64,000 bases of DNA from Macrostomum lignano (lineage: Eukaryota): positions 49,417 to 113,416 of the forward strand of contig NIVC01003187.1 of NCBI GenBank assembly GCA_002269645.1. The letters are read 5' to 3'. The translations under genes and the position numbers were made by a program. Within the stretch, counting starts at the first letter, position 1; every line of letters starts with the position of its first letter. The notes below the pieces were generated by a model that ran no database searches, was not told the DNA's origin, and saw only the letters and a program-made list of their open reading frames with translations. Shown here in pieces: positions 1 to 11,632 of the stretch.

Positions 1-257
1 TCAGTTTATTGAGTAGACTCAATTCAGTTCACTGAGTAGACTCAATTCAGTTTATTGAGTAGACTCAATTCAGTTTACTGAGTAGACTCAATTCAGTTTA
101 CTGAGTAGACTCAATTCAGTTTATTGAGTAGACTCAATTCAGTTTACTGAGTAGACTCAATTCAGTTTACTGAGTAGATTCAATTCAGTTTATTGAGGTA
201 GACTCAATTCAGTTTATTGAGTAGACTCAATTCAGTTTATTGATTAGACTCAATTCA
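1..257. repeat. 23-bp minisatellite (TCAGTTTAYTGAGTAGACTCAAT), about 11 copies, truncated by the window edge
   Basis: Unit visible directly; contains the inverted stem TTGAG-TAGA-CTCAA. Confidence 0.95.
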
Positions 258-568
258 ATTTTTCCAAAAAAATTTTCTATCGAAGCTATCCAGCTGGCTT
301 TGAAAGTTTTACAGGGCATTTTAACTGCTTATTTGGTTGTGATTTTTGTTGCTTTTTATTAGTTGTTGGGTTGATTAGATGATAGTCGAATCGCATTAAC
401 CAGCTGTTATCATTACTGCTAGTATCCAATCTCACGATTTGATTATTATCAATTTAAGGCTGAGTGCACTGAAATGCATATCTGACTCATCGTCTAGCCT
501 ATGAGTGAATCTGCTGCACTGATCGTATGGGACTCAAGCTCTAGCACTTATTCCTAATCAGTTTTAGT

Positions 569-1551
569 CATTGAATCTGCCTCTCTTCTCCCATTGAATC
601 TGCTTCTCTGCTCCCATTGAATCTGCCTCTCTGCTCCCATTGAATCTGCCTCTCTGCTCCCATTGAATCTGCCTCTCTGCTCCCATTGAATCTGCTTCTC
701 TGCTCCCATTGAATCTGCCTCTCTTCTCCCATTGAATCTGCTTCTCTGCTCCCATTGAATCTGCCTCTCTTCTCCCATTGAATCTGCTTCTCTGCTCCCA
801 TTGAATCTGCCTCTCTTCTCCCATTGAAGCTGCCTCTCTTCTCCCATTGAATCTGCCTCTCTTCTCCCATTGAATCTGCCTCTCTTCTCCCATTGAATCT
901 GCCTCTCTGCTCCCATTGAATCTGCCTCTCTGCTCCCATTGAATCTGCCTCTCTGCTCCCATTGAATCTGCCTCTCTGCTCCCATTGAATCTGCCTCTCT
1001 TCTCCCATTGAATCTGCTTCTCTGCTCCCATTGAATCTGCCTCTCTGCTCCCATTGAATCTGCCTCTCTGCTCCCATTGAATCTGCCTCTCTGCTCCCAT
1101 TGAATCTGCCTCTCTGCTCCCATTGAATCTGCCTCTCTTCTCCCATTGAATCTGCCTCTCTGCTCCCATTGAATCTGCCTCTCTGCTCCCATTGAATCTG
1201 CCTCTCTGCTCCCATTGAATCTGCCTCTCTGCTCCCATTGAATCTGCCTCTCTGCTCCCATTGAATCTGCTTCTCTGCTCCCATTGAATCTGCCTCTCTG
1301 CTCCCATTGAATCTGCTTCTCTGCTCCCATTAAATCTGCCTCTCTGCTCCCATTGAATCTGCTTCTCTGCTCCCATTGAATCTGCCTCTCTGCTCCCATT
1401 GAATCTGCCTCTCTGCTCCCATTGAATCTGCCTCTCTGCTCCCATTGAATCTGCTTCTCTGCTCCCATTGAATCTGCCTCTCTGCTCCCATTGAATCTGC
1501 CTCTCTGCTCCCATTGAATCTGCCTCTCTGCTCCCATTGAATCCGCCTCTC
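569..1551. repeat. 23-bp minisatellite (CATTGAATCTGCCTCTCTGCTCC), about 42 copies
   Basis: Head-to-tail units; all three minus-strand frames give the same repeating peptide, as expected for a stop-free non-coding unit. Confidence 0.97.
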
Positions 1552-1707
1552 TTCCTCTCTGGAGTGTGCCGTTGGTAAATGGATTTCATTTACTAGACAG
1601 CCAGGCCACTACCCCTATTCGGTAGTACTTTACCAGCTAATAGCGAGCTCATTCAGAGCCATCTGCTTTAGCAGCAGCAGCAGAAAATAGCCATTAAAAT
1701 CTTGCAG

Positions 1708-3510
1708 CGGCCCAACTCCAATGCCACTTTGGACCGTCGAGCCAGCGTCCCTCTGCAGAAACAGCAGCCCCAGCAGCCCCAGCAGCAGCCATCGTCCTCT
1801 TTGCAAAAGCAGATTTCAGCGGAACAGCATCAGCCGTCGTCAGCTGCTGATGGCATCGTTCGCGAGTCGGACAGCAATGACATCCTGCCGCAGCAGGGCA
1901 TCGCCAAGGCTCTGCTGAGCGTTTGGCGAGATAAGGAGCTGCAGAAGCAGCAGACTCAACAGCAGGAGCAGCAATTGCTTCAGAGGAAGCGACAATCTCT
2001 TGCATCATTCGAGCGCTCGCCGTCTTCGTCCTCGCTGTCCTCGGCAGCGGGGGCTCGGCGACAGTCTTCGTACAGCCAGGCGAGCGGGCCGCCGTCTCCC
2101 AGGAGGGCGGAGGTACCGGCGGCAATGTAGAATATCTCAGAGACAAAATCACCCGCAGTTCACTGGGCCACGCTAATCTAATAATTACCCAAATGGATTG
2201 CTAGTCGGAGCCTTCATCATTTCCTGTTTGAAAACAGCACAAATCCTTGGCTAATTGTTTTACAGTTTGATTTAAATCACGCCTACTAGATTAGCAATCC
2301 ATTCGAGGACAGCTAATGATTGCCAGCCAGTAGAAGCGAATGATTCACAAACACTCAAGTGAACTAGATGCTGCTCAATAATGATTGCAATGCGGTATTG
2401 CAAAGCTTGCACCTGCTTAAGCCTCAGTAAAACAAGATTATAATTTATTTTCAGCACTGATTTTAGTCACCGATATCAGTTACCATGAGCTCAAGTTTTT
2501 GTTATTAAATTTCTTTGAAGTTTGAAGAAGCTCAATGATTGCAGAGTTGCTCTGAAAAAGTATGCTTTAGTTTGTCACGAATTTGCACTTTTGTACGTTT
2601 GCACTTTTGTATCCTAGGGCTCGGGCACTACGCGTAAATGTACGAGGTAATAATCAGTAAAAAAACTATAAAATTATAAAGTTTTAGTGTCTAATAACAA
2701 CAGAGTGATCAGACTCGAAGTAATGAAAGGGAAAGAGCGCATATTTTCAATAAGCAGTCAAACTCTTTAAGTTGCAACTACAATTCGTGTGCACTGTAAA
2801 TGTACATGCGCACTGTTAAAAGTACATGCACATGTTAAAAGTACACGTGCGCTATTAAAGTACTGCGCACTATTTAAGTACGTGCGCACTATTAGAGTAC
2901 GTGAGCACTATTAGAGTACGCGCGCACTATTGAAGTAAATGCGCACTATTAAAGTACTGAGCGCCCGCTCGCCGTCCCACTCCAGGCCGTCGCCCCGACC
3001 CAGCGCCGACCCTACCAGCCGCAGCCCAACATGGACTTTGACTACACCGCCCCGGTGCGCAGTGCCGCCGAATCTGAGTCCAGCCCGGTTGAGCGGCCGC
3101 CGGACGTTGTCCGGTCAGGCGATCCAAATCCGGCCGATGAGCTGCCGCCGGCCAACTTCACCCGCTCGGCGCTGCAGATGTGGAAGAACAAGGAGGTGGA
3201 AGGCGGCAAGGTTGCGCCAAATCCCGAGACCTCCGAGCGGCTCCGACAGCGCGCCCGCGAGACCTCCGGGGTCAACAACAACATCCGATTGCCGGGGGCC
3301 GCCTCCGTTGGTGTCTCCGGCTCCCGTGATTCCGACGACGCTGAGAGGCCGTCGTCGCCGCAGCCGCAGCCGCGCGACGAATCGTCGGAGAACGAACCGT
3401 CGGTGCCGCCAGCAGACGTGGCTCGCTGGGGCGCCGGCGACGGCAACGACGAAATGCCGAAACAGGGCATCACGCAGAATCTGCGCTCGATGTTCAGCGG
3501 CGGCCAGTAG
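1708..3510 (+). CDS. Last two exons (1708-2112, 2986-3510) of a gene whose 5' part is not identified; Q/S/P-rich protein with three copies of a P-x-x-G/F-x-x-x-x-L-x-x-W/F motif
   Basis: Acceptor ttgcag at 1707, donor GAG|gtaccg at 2112, acceptor ctccag at 2985; phase-0 join in frame, ending in TAG at 3510; GC-rich codon-like composition against AT-rich flanks. Confidence 0.7.
2790..2960. repeat. Degenerate ~20-bp repeat (GCGCACTATTARAGTAC-like) in the intron upstream of the 2986 acceptor
   Basis: Repeated gcactgttaaaagtac / gcactattagagtac words. Confidence 0.75.
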
Positions 3511-4099
3511 TAGACTCGCGTACTTTTAGCATGTACTTTTCGACGTTTCTTAAGATATAGACTACTAAAGTGCATATGTACTCTAGGAAGTTGTGCGCAC
3601 TCTAACAGTGTACGCTATCAAAGCAACCCCGCCCCATTCCCAATTAAAAACTCCGTTAAGCACCAATAAAAATGGAATGGACTTTTTTATTTTGCTTTTT
3701 TGTAACTTTTTTCTTAACAATATTTTTATAAGCGAGCTCGTCAGGCCTCCCAACGCTGAACACAACGATTTTGATCTTGCTTTGCTGCATAACTCGATAA
3801 TTTGCTACTCTGTTCACACTAAGCCTATGAGCTGCTATTGCTTCTGTACTCTTGTAATTTGATTTAATTCGAATGTGCTTAGCAAGCTCGCTTATCTTGG
3901 TTAGCTGGATCCCACCGATTCATTCCCACATTTTAACCGCGGTTTTTTATAAAATATAATACACAAATATTTTTCCTTCTTTTCAAAATTTCCTCTTTTG
4001 TTGCGTTCCATCGGCTTTTTGTATGCTAGCCTTTATTAGCTACTGAGCACAATAGTAGTATGTATTGTATTTTATTGCGTCGAATTTGCACTCCAATGC

Positions 4100-4369
4100 G
4101 CGCATTGGTAAAGTGCGCGCCTATATAAGCGCCCATCGATAAAAGTGCGCACCTATATAAGCGCGCATTGGTAAAGTGCGCACCTATATAAGGGCGCATT
4201 GATAAAAGTGCGCACCTATATAAGCGCGCATTGGTAAAGTGCGCACCTATATAAGCGCGCATCGATAAAAGTGTGCACCTATATAAGCGCGCATTGGTAA
4301 AGTGCGCTTCTATATAAGCGCGCATTGATAAAAGTGCGCATCTATATAAGCGCGCTTTGCAAATCCTGC

Positions 4370-4401
<32 letters not shown>
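4100..4401. repeat. 31-bp minisatellite (AAAGTGCGCACCTATATAAGCGCGCATTGRT), about 8 copies, followed by a (TG)n microsatellite
   Basis: Units visible directly; rich in short palindromes (GTGCGCAC, TATATA, GCGCGC). Confidence 0.92.
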
Positions 4402-4404
<3 letters not shown>

Positions 4405-4759
4405 GTTTTTAAAAGCCTGATTCCTATTGTTATTCCATCTCCATATATAATGATATTCCTATTGGTTCCTGTTATTATAAAGTAATTGATATTTATAAAT
4501 TCCGAAAATTATTTACCGATATGATAATTGAACCCAGTGTACTCGCTTATGCCTTGTTTTCGATATGCTACGGTACTGTAGTGAGTGGAAGTATTAACAT
4601 TGTAGCCAGTTAGCGTTAACTGATTGTCCAATAAAATCGGTTGAAACTGTTGATTTTTTAATGAGATACCCTGCCACCGGCTCCAACACAGTGGGGAGAG
4701 TAATGCGCTGCAAACTGTTGATTGTAACTGACTTAGCATTTGTTCTTTGTGTGATTCAG

Positions 4760-5915
4760 TGGCTGGAAACCATGTGGGTTGTAGCTGGAAACCATGTGGG
4801 TTGTAAGCTGGAAACCATGTGGGTTGTAAGCTGGAAACCATGCGGTATGTAACTGGCCACCATGTGGATTGTAGTTGGCACCATGTGGGTTGTAGCTGGA
4901 AACCATGTGGTATGTAACTGGCCACCATGTGGATTGTAGTTGGCACCATGTGGGTTGTAAGCTGGAAACCATGTGGGTTGTAAGCTGGAAACCATGTGGG
5001 TTGTAGCTGGAAACCATGTGGGTTGTAGATGGAAACCATGTGGGTTGTAAGCTGGAAACCATGTGGGTTGTAGCAGGAAGGCACGTGGATTGTAGCTGGA
5101 AACCATGTGGGTTGTAGCTGGAAACCATTTGGATTGTAGCTGGATACCATGTGGGTTGTAAGCTGGAAACCATTTGGATTGTAGCTGGATACCATGTGGG
5201 TTGTAAGCTGGAAACCATTTGGATTGTAGCTGGATACCATGTGGGTTGTAAGCTGGAAACCATTTGGATTGTAGCTGGATACCATGTGGGTTGTAAGCTG
5301 GAAACCATTTGGATTGTAGCTGGAAACCATGTGGGTTGTAAGTTGGAAACCATGTGGGTTTTAGCTGGAAACCATGTGGGTTGTAAGTTGGAAACCATGT
5401 GGGTTGTAAGTTGGAAACCATGTAGGTTTTAGCTGGAAACCATGTGGGTTGTAAGTTGGAAACCATGTGGGTTGTAGCTGGAAACCATGTGGTTTGTAGC
5501 TGGAAACCATGTAGGTTTTAGCTGGAAACCATGTGGGTTGTAAGTTGGAAACCATGTGGGTTGTAGCTGGAAACCATGTGGGTTGTAGCTGGAAACCATG
5601 TGGGTTGTAGCTGGAAACCATGTGGGTTGTAAGTTGGAAACCATGTGGGTTGTAGCAGGAAGGCACGTGGATTGTAGCTGGAAACCATGTGGGTTGTAAG
5701 CTGGAAACCATGTGGGTTGTAGCTGGAAACCATTTGGATTGTAGCAGGAAGGCACGTGGATTGTAGCAGGAAGGCACGTGGATTGTAGCTGGAAACCATG
5801 TGGGTTGTAGCTGGAAACCATTTGGATTGTAGCTGGATACCATGTGGGTTGTAGCTGGAAACCATGTGGGTTGTAGCTGGAAACCATGTGGTTTGTAGCT
5901 GGAAACCATGTGGAT
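4760..5915. repeat. 21/22-bp minisatellite (GCTGGAAACCATGTGGGTTGTA[A]) with variant units and a local 43-bp higher-order repeat
   Basis: About 50 units; alternating ATTTGGATT and ATGTGGGTT variants around 5120-5330. Confidence 0.95.
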
Positions 5916-6695
5916 TGTTCATCTAGCTCGTACAATATATCGAAATGAATCATGGTGACTTTCCAGTTAAAATTAGACTAAGTAGGTTTGAAATTTTCTG
6001 CATATTTAAACATTCAAGCTGTGGTTTCGCTTTTAGTGGATGTTTTGAATGTCTAATTTTATATTCAACAGTTGGTAATGGGTACCGCACAGTTACTGCA
6101 GTTAAACTCTTGTTAAATGCTTGCAGTCGGTTTGAAAAACCTTTATCATTTAACTTCAGCTTGGGGGGGATGTCTGCATAGAACGCATGCAGCTGCTTGT
6201 TCCTCAAATGCGCAGAATTACACCATAAGGCAGATTGGAGCAGGATGTGAAGGTTAAAAATATCTCCCCTGCCCCCAGTTTTTCCCCAAATCCCCTCTCC
6301 ATATATGGAAAGGAGCTGTGGGATGGATAGAAGCCTACAGGACGAGTCCTGTTTCTCTCCCGCTTCCCGGTTCTCCTTTTTCCTTCCCTCCCTTGTAGTT
6401 TCCTTCCCTCCCTGCAGAGATTCTGAGTACACCGGCTGAGTACTCCAGTGTACTCACAGGATGCCTCAGCGGTCGATAATTGCAGCCTCAGTCTGGCTTA
6501 GTTAGTCTCGCCTCTTCTCTGCAGTTTTGAGCGTCTCCATGGCAACTGCGCAGAGAGGCTGTGGTGGATGGACGGGAGAGGAACGTTGAGGATGGATTAT
6601 CGATCCGAGTCTCAGTGCACTGGCCAAGCCAGATAAATCCCCAACCAGTTGGCATTCGCAGCCCTCTCCTTCCTCACTGCGAGAAACACTCAACC

Positions 6696-8498
6696 ATGCA
6701 GTCTCCGCGCTTCATCAATAACAGCCGCTCCCAGCTGGTGCTGGCCCTGCTGCTCCTGGCGACCGCCCTGCCGGCCCCGGCCGCTGCCTCCGGCGGCTAC
6801 GCCGACTACCTGGCCAGCATCGAGAAGCGGAACCAGCGCCTTCATGACGACTACCTGGGCAGCCTGGCCGATGGACAGCGCAGCTTCCTGGACGATCTGA
6901 ACGGCCATGTGGCCGACCTGCAGGCCCGGCACTACGTCAGCGACTCCGCCTACCCGGCCGGCTTCGACGCCGACCGCTACTGGTCGGAGCTGCTCGAGCG
7001 GACCGCCCAGGCTGCCGATGCCCAGCGGGCTGCTCGCAGCGGCCTCGGTGAACTCGACGACGACCGCCTAGTTGACGACTCCGACATCGTTGTCGGCGGC
7101 GGCGGCCCGGCCCGGCGCGAGGAGGAGCCGTTCCTCAACCGGATCTGGGGCGCGCAGAAGGTCAGCGGCGGCGCCGGCGAGCCCGGCCAGGTGACGGGCC
7201 CGGAGGACCGGCCGCAGCCGGCCAAGGTGATGAGCGACACCCTGCCGAGCTACTGTAACCCGCCCAACCCCTGCCCGGTGGGCGCCGACCCCACCAAGCT
7301 GACCGCCCCCTGCGACAGCCACGTCAGCGACACTGCCGAGTACAACCGGAACGACGCCCTGACGAAGATGGCCGCCGGGCAGTGCCCCTGCGACAACGAG
7401 CACATGGAGTGCCCAGCTGGCAGCGTTGGCATCAATTCCAAGAAAGCCTCGCAGGTAAACATCTGACTCCCAAATTTCAGATTACAATATTTATCTTTCA
7501 TACCAGCTGAAGATAAATTCCTATTCTCAATATGCTACAGATGGGCGGTCACCTCAATCCGTTCCTGCTTGGCAACAAGCGGGACAAGCTGGATGCCAAG
7601 AAGTCGCCACGGTACTCCATAAGCAAGCGCGGCGTGCGGGCTAAATTTCAGAGCCGAGTGGTGCGTTGAGATGGGAAGGGGAAGGGGAGAGGGCTTTGAT
7701 GATCTAAATCTTAACTTTAGACGGTAAAAAAATTATAGTCTGGTGCTGGCGGGATGGTTTGGCCATAGACTATAAAATTACCATAGACTAAAAATACCCA
7801 TAGACTATTGGTTTTTGCGAGCTATCTCAGCCAAGGAGCAAGCAAACTCATCCATCCCATAGATTTCAATACGACGAAGGAGGTGGTTTGAACCATAGAC
7901 TATCACGTTTTTTCAACCAAACTCATCCAACGGGCGAGCAATCTCAGCCATAGCTTGTCTGCCCATTCATTTCCTTTTCCCTTCTTTCTTTCCTCCTCCT
8001 CCGATGGCTCAGTTGCGACGAACCAATTAAATTTTTCGCTTAATAAACAAGCTATGGCTGAGATTGCTCGCCCGTTGGATGAGTTTGGTTGAAAAAACGT
8101 GATAGTCTATGGTTCAAACCACCTCCTTCGTCGTATTGAAATCTATGGGATGGATGAGTTTGCTTGCTCCTTGGCTGAGTTAGCTCGCAAAAACCAATAG
8201 TCTATGGGTATTTTATAGTCTATGGTAATTTTATAGTCTATGGCCATTTTATTGTCTATGGCTATTTTAAAGTCTATAACCAAACCGTTCCAACATCAAC
8301 GCTGCGTTTTTTTTGCATGAGACGAGTTTCAGTTTGATCATCAACAAGCGGGAGAGCTGTCTAAATAATGTCTGCTTGCACAACCCCACCCCGCAGATGG
8401 AGAAGAAGAACCCCTGGCTTGATGGCGTGGACGCCCTTGACACCGTCGAGAAGAAAGCCGGGCGCCACGTCTACCTGGAGGAGCCGCTGGTGGAGTGA
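6696..8498 (+). CDS. SCG5: Neuroendocrine protein 7B2 (secretogranin V, PC2 chaperone/inhibitor); exon 6696-7454, then C-terminal exons 7541-7669 (or 7541-7660) and 8397-8498
   Basis: Signal peptide (SQLVLALLLLATALPAPAAA); 7B2 motifs IWGAQKVSGGAGE, LPSYCNPPNPCPVG and CPCDNEHMECP; donor CAG|gtaaac at 7454; acceptors ctacag (7540) and ccgcag (8396); both downstream exons encode NP[F/W]LxG...KK CT-peptide-like sequences. Confidence 0.93.
7760..8246. mobile_element. Foldback/MITE-like inverted repeat: ~200-bp arms (7760-7958 and 8047-8246), 88-bp spacer
   Basis: Arms are near-perfect reverse complements (TGGCCATAGACTATAAAATTACC... vs ...GGTAATTTTATAGTCTATGGCCA) with internal CCATAGACTA sub-repeats; no clear TSD found. 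Confidence 0.85.
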
Positions 8499-10154
8499 CT
8501 CTCTCCGAGTGACTCTATCCTCGCACGAAGCTAAAAGCATCATCAATGCAGCTCACCCGGAGAGCAATTATCCTGGAATTATCCAAAACTTTATTACGAG
8601 TACTATTTTTGATGCAAAGCTATTTAAAAGATCTCTGAGTATTTTTAAAAAAGACGCGAACTAACATCGAAACAGCGCTAGCAAATAATACAACCGGGTC
8701 TGCTAAAATTCTCTCCAAAGAAAATATTAACAAGCAAAATTTAACAGCCTTTTTCTCGATTTTTCTCTGTGCAGCCCGAAGCATTCAGCAATTTTTTTTC
8801 GATTTTCCCTGCCGCCTTCGTGATTTCTATTTCTTGGAAAATTGTGTTTGAACCCAGGTGTTCAGGGAAATCCCTACAAATCAAAGTGAGGCTCAAAGAC
8901 GCCGGTCCCGAGACAAAAACTGCTGGTCCCGTCTGGTCTGTGAAGGCTTTTTCAAGATAATTGGCCTAGCTACGGCCGTGACACGTGTTGAGCTGCTTCG
9001 ACGAAAAGTGACCAATTTTTCGAAAATAATTGCGTCTTTCTCTGCATCACCTGATCCAGTCCAGCAGCCATTTCAATAGCCTCACCTGGTGCCACAATTC
9101 TAAGCCCAATAGTTGTTGTTGTTAAACAGGGTGGGAAGCCGGGGGCTACCCGCGGATCAGCCCTGAGAGGGGCTCTGCCGCTGAGGGGCACTAGGCGTAA
9201 ACAACTTGCTAATTGGTTCAACAATAATGTACATTAGCCAGTCCACTGAAATGTACATGGCAGCTTTAGGCTAGAATTCCGAGAAAGACAATAAAAATGG
9301 GGCGGGGCGAGAGGGTAGTGTGGAAAGGCGTGGTTGGAGAGTTTAAGCTGGGTGGTAAGAGCCTTGGCTTTAAAAATACATTAAAATGCTTCAGTTTAAC
9401 TTGCTACTGAACTGAAAGTAGCTTACACGCAAATGTGTTGAGTGGCCCATCCAGGTAATTCTAGTATCTGCGTCTAGAACTGACATCCAGTTTGCAAAGT
9501 GATTTCTAAAGTTTCTTCAACAGAAAATTGACTTGGCGCTGCTTGAATAGAAATCCATGAGGAGCGATTCCTGGAACCAGCAGATGTCAGATTGACTTGT
9601 TGACGTCAACAGTTTGTTGCCACTGTTCTAGGGATAATCTCGTTGGCCAGATGGTAGTCCCTAATCCACATTAGTGGCAGCTGCTGGTGAGCATCGCATT
9701 GGCCTTACAGACTGGAATTTACCTCTCGATTTCTGCATTGCTCGAGATGCGATTGCATCAGAGACAGTCAAATTTATTATTGTAGCACTAATAAAGCGGA
9801 GAGACTCAGCTATTGACATGCAGTTTGAGTCGAATGAGTGGTCTGGGCCTGAATGTCGCTCCCGTTATCGCGGCGTCCTCCGACTATTCTGCCTCGCCAC
9901 ATTGAGTCTTGGAAACAGTGGGTGGCCCCCTAAGTCTTAGACGAATGTCGTAAACTACAACCTTTGATTAGGCTTATGACTTATAGAACTTAAAACTAAG
10001 ACAGATAACTCAGCGCTAATGCTAACACTATTGTTTTACTTTCTTGCTCTTTTGAGCTACTGGCTAGCAATCAGCGCCCCCCGTTGGGGAGCAAACAAAG
10101 AATGGAGCAAGAAGTTTTGAATACACTATCAAATGCATCTAGCTTCTGACCTCT

Positions 10155-10495
10155 CAGCCTTGACATCTTATCAATTCCCCCCATAAGCCTTGACATCTTA
10201 GCAATTCCCCCCATAAGCCTTGACATCTTAGCAATTCCCCCCATAAGCCTTGACATCTTAGCAATTCCCCCCATAAGCCTTGACATCTTAGCAATTCCAT
10301 CCGTAAGCCTTGACATCTTAGCAATTCCCCCTGTAAGCCTTGACATCTTAGCAATTCCCCCTGTAAGCCTTGACATCTTAGCAATTCCCCCTGTAAGCCT
10401 TGACATCTTAGCAATTCCCCCTGTAAGCCTTGACATCTTAGCAATTCCCCCTGTAAGCCTTGACATCTTATCAACTCCTCCTGTAAGCCTTGACA
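10155..10495. repeat. 30-bp minisatellite (CCTTGACATCTTAGCAATTCCCCCYRTAAG), about 11 copies
   Basis: Direct inspection; the surrounding segment is bracketed by an identical 32-bp direct repeat (10030-10061 and 10512-10543). Confidence 0.95.
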
Positions 10496-11250
10496 CCTGC
10501 GAATGTTAACAATTGTTTTACTTTCTTGCTCTTTTGAGCTACTAAATTAGCTATAAGTAAGTATAGCTCATAGTGTAAGTCAGCATGTACTTCTGAGATC
10601 ATATTCTTTATAAATAATTCTGATGCACTGACATCTCAATGCTCGAGAGACACTACTACCTATAGTAAGTAGCATAATAGGGCAGTGTTCATGGAAAGAT
10701 CAAGCCCAAAACGTTCCTGAAAACGTGATTCTAACTTTTAGCCTCTTCATTTTCTTCATTTTTTTCTATTTTTAAGTTTTGCTTCAAAGCCTGAACAAAG
10801 CTTTTCTTTACTAATTGGATCCTCAAAGCTTTGTTTGTTGCCGTCCAGCAAAATCCATTAGATAAACAGCAAGGGCAATGTTTTAATTCTGGCAAGTTCT
10901 CTGACAGCTCGTCGAATCTAGGTCGTTTCCGCATCAATTAGCTTAATGTCTAATCAACCTGATAAAAGGGGAGCCAGAAGCTTTTGTCAGAATTTCCTCG
11001 ATGCTTTCTTTAGAAGCATAGAGTTCAGTGGTCTCGGTGGCTCCCTGGTCCAGCTAGCATGGGGAGATGAAGAGAGTTCCGCTTCGAGTCAAGAACTCTA
11101 GTAGAAACCTAAAAAAGACTATTTGCAAATTAGTTCGCCACAAATACGAAAAAATTCTGAGCTTGATTGAAGCTGAAGTTTAGGTAAACTGGGTCCCAGA
11201 TGTCTATGGCAATACCCCAGGCTTACTAGGTAGTATTAACAGTAGAACTA

Positions 11251-11632
11251 CACCTTTTCCGTTCAAATTCAACAAAACTCACATGCTACGAGTATTTCGA
11301 CAAGCTGACATACAATTTCATCATTCTATATTTAGCTACTTCAACCGTCATTCGAATTCGGCAAGCGGCATTCAATTTCGCAGTCGGATATTCTATTTTC
11401 ATAACATAATTGAATGGGAAATCTGCATGCAAAAGCAAGTTTTGTACATAGACAGAATAAACGCCCTCACTATGGTATGAAATAGAGAATATTCGATTGC
11501 CGAACTTGAATGGGTCCTTGCCGAATTCGAATGACGGTTGAAGTAGCTAAATATAGAATGATGGAATTGAATGTCAGCTTGTCGAAATACTCGTAGCATG
11601 TGAGTTTTGTTGAATTTGAACGGGAAAAGGTG
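11251..11632. mobile_element. Tc1/mariner-type MITE, 382 bp, long imperfect TIRs, TA target-site duplication
   Basis: TA|CACCTTTTCCGTTCAAATTCAACAAAACTCACATGCTACGAG ... CTCGTAGCATGTGAGTTTTGTTGAATTTGAACGGGAAAAGGTG|TA; arms pair over about 150 bp. Confidence 0.85.

Noticed and set aside
554-1589. Three long minus-strand ORFs (238-341 aa)
   Set aside because: They are translations of a 23-bp tandem repeat; the same peptide appears in all three frames
4509-5953. Multiple 130-270-aa ORFs (YNPHGFQL repeats)
   Set aside because: They derive from the 21/22-bp minisatellite; no splice context or unique coding sequence
9120-9200. GC-rich hairpin segment resembling a hammerhead ribozyme
   Set aside because: It lacks the CUGANGA and GAAA core in the required arrangement
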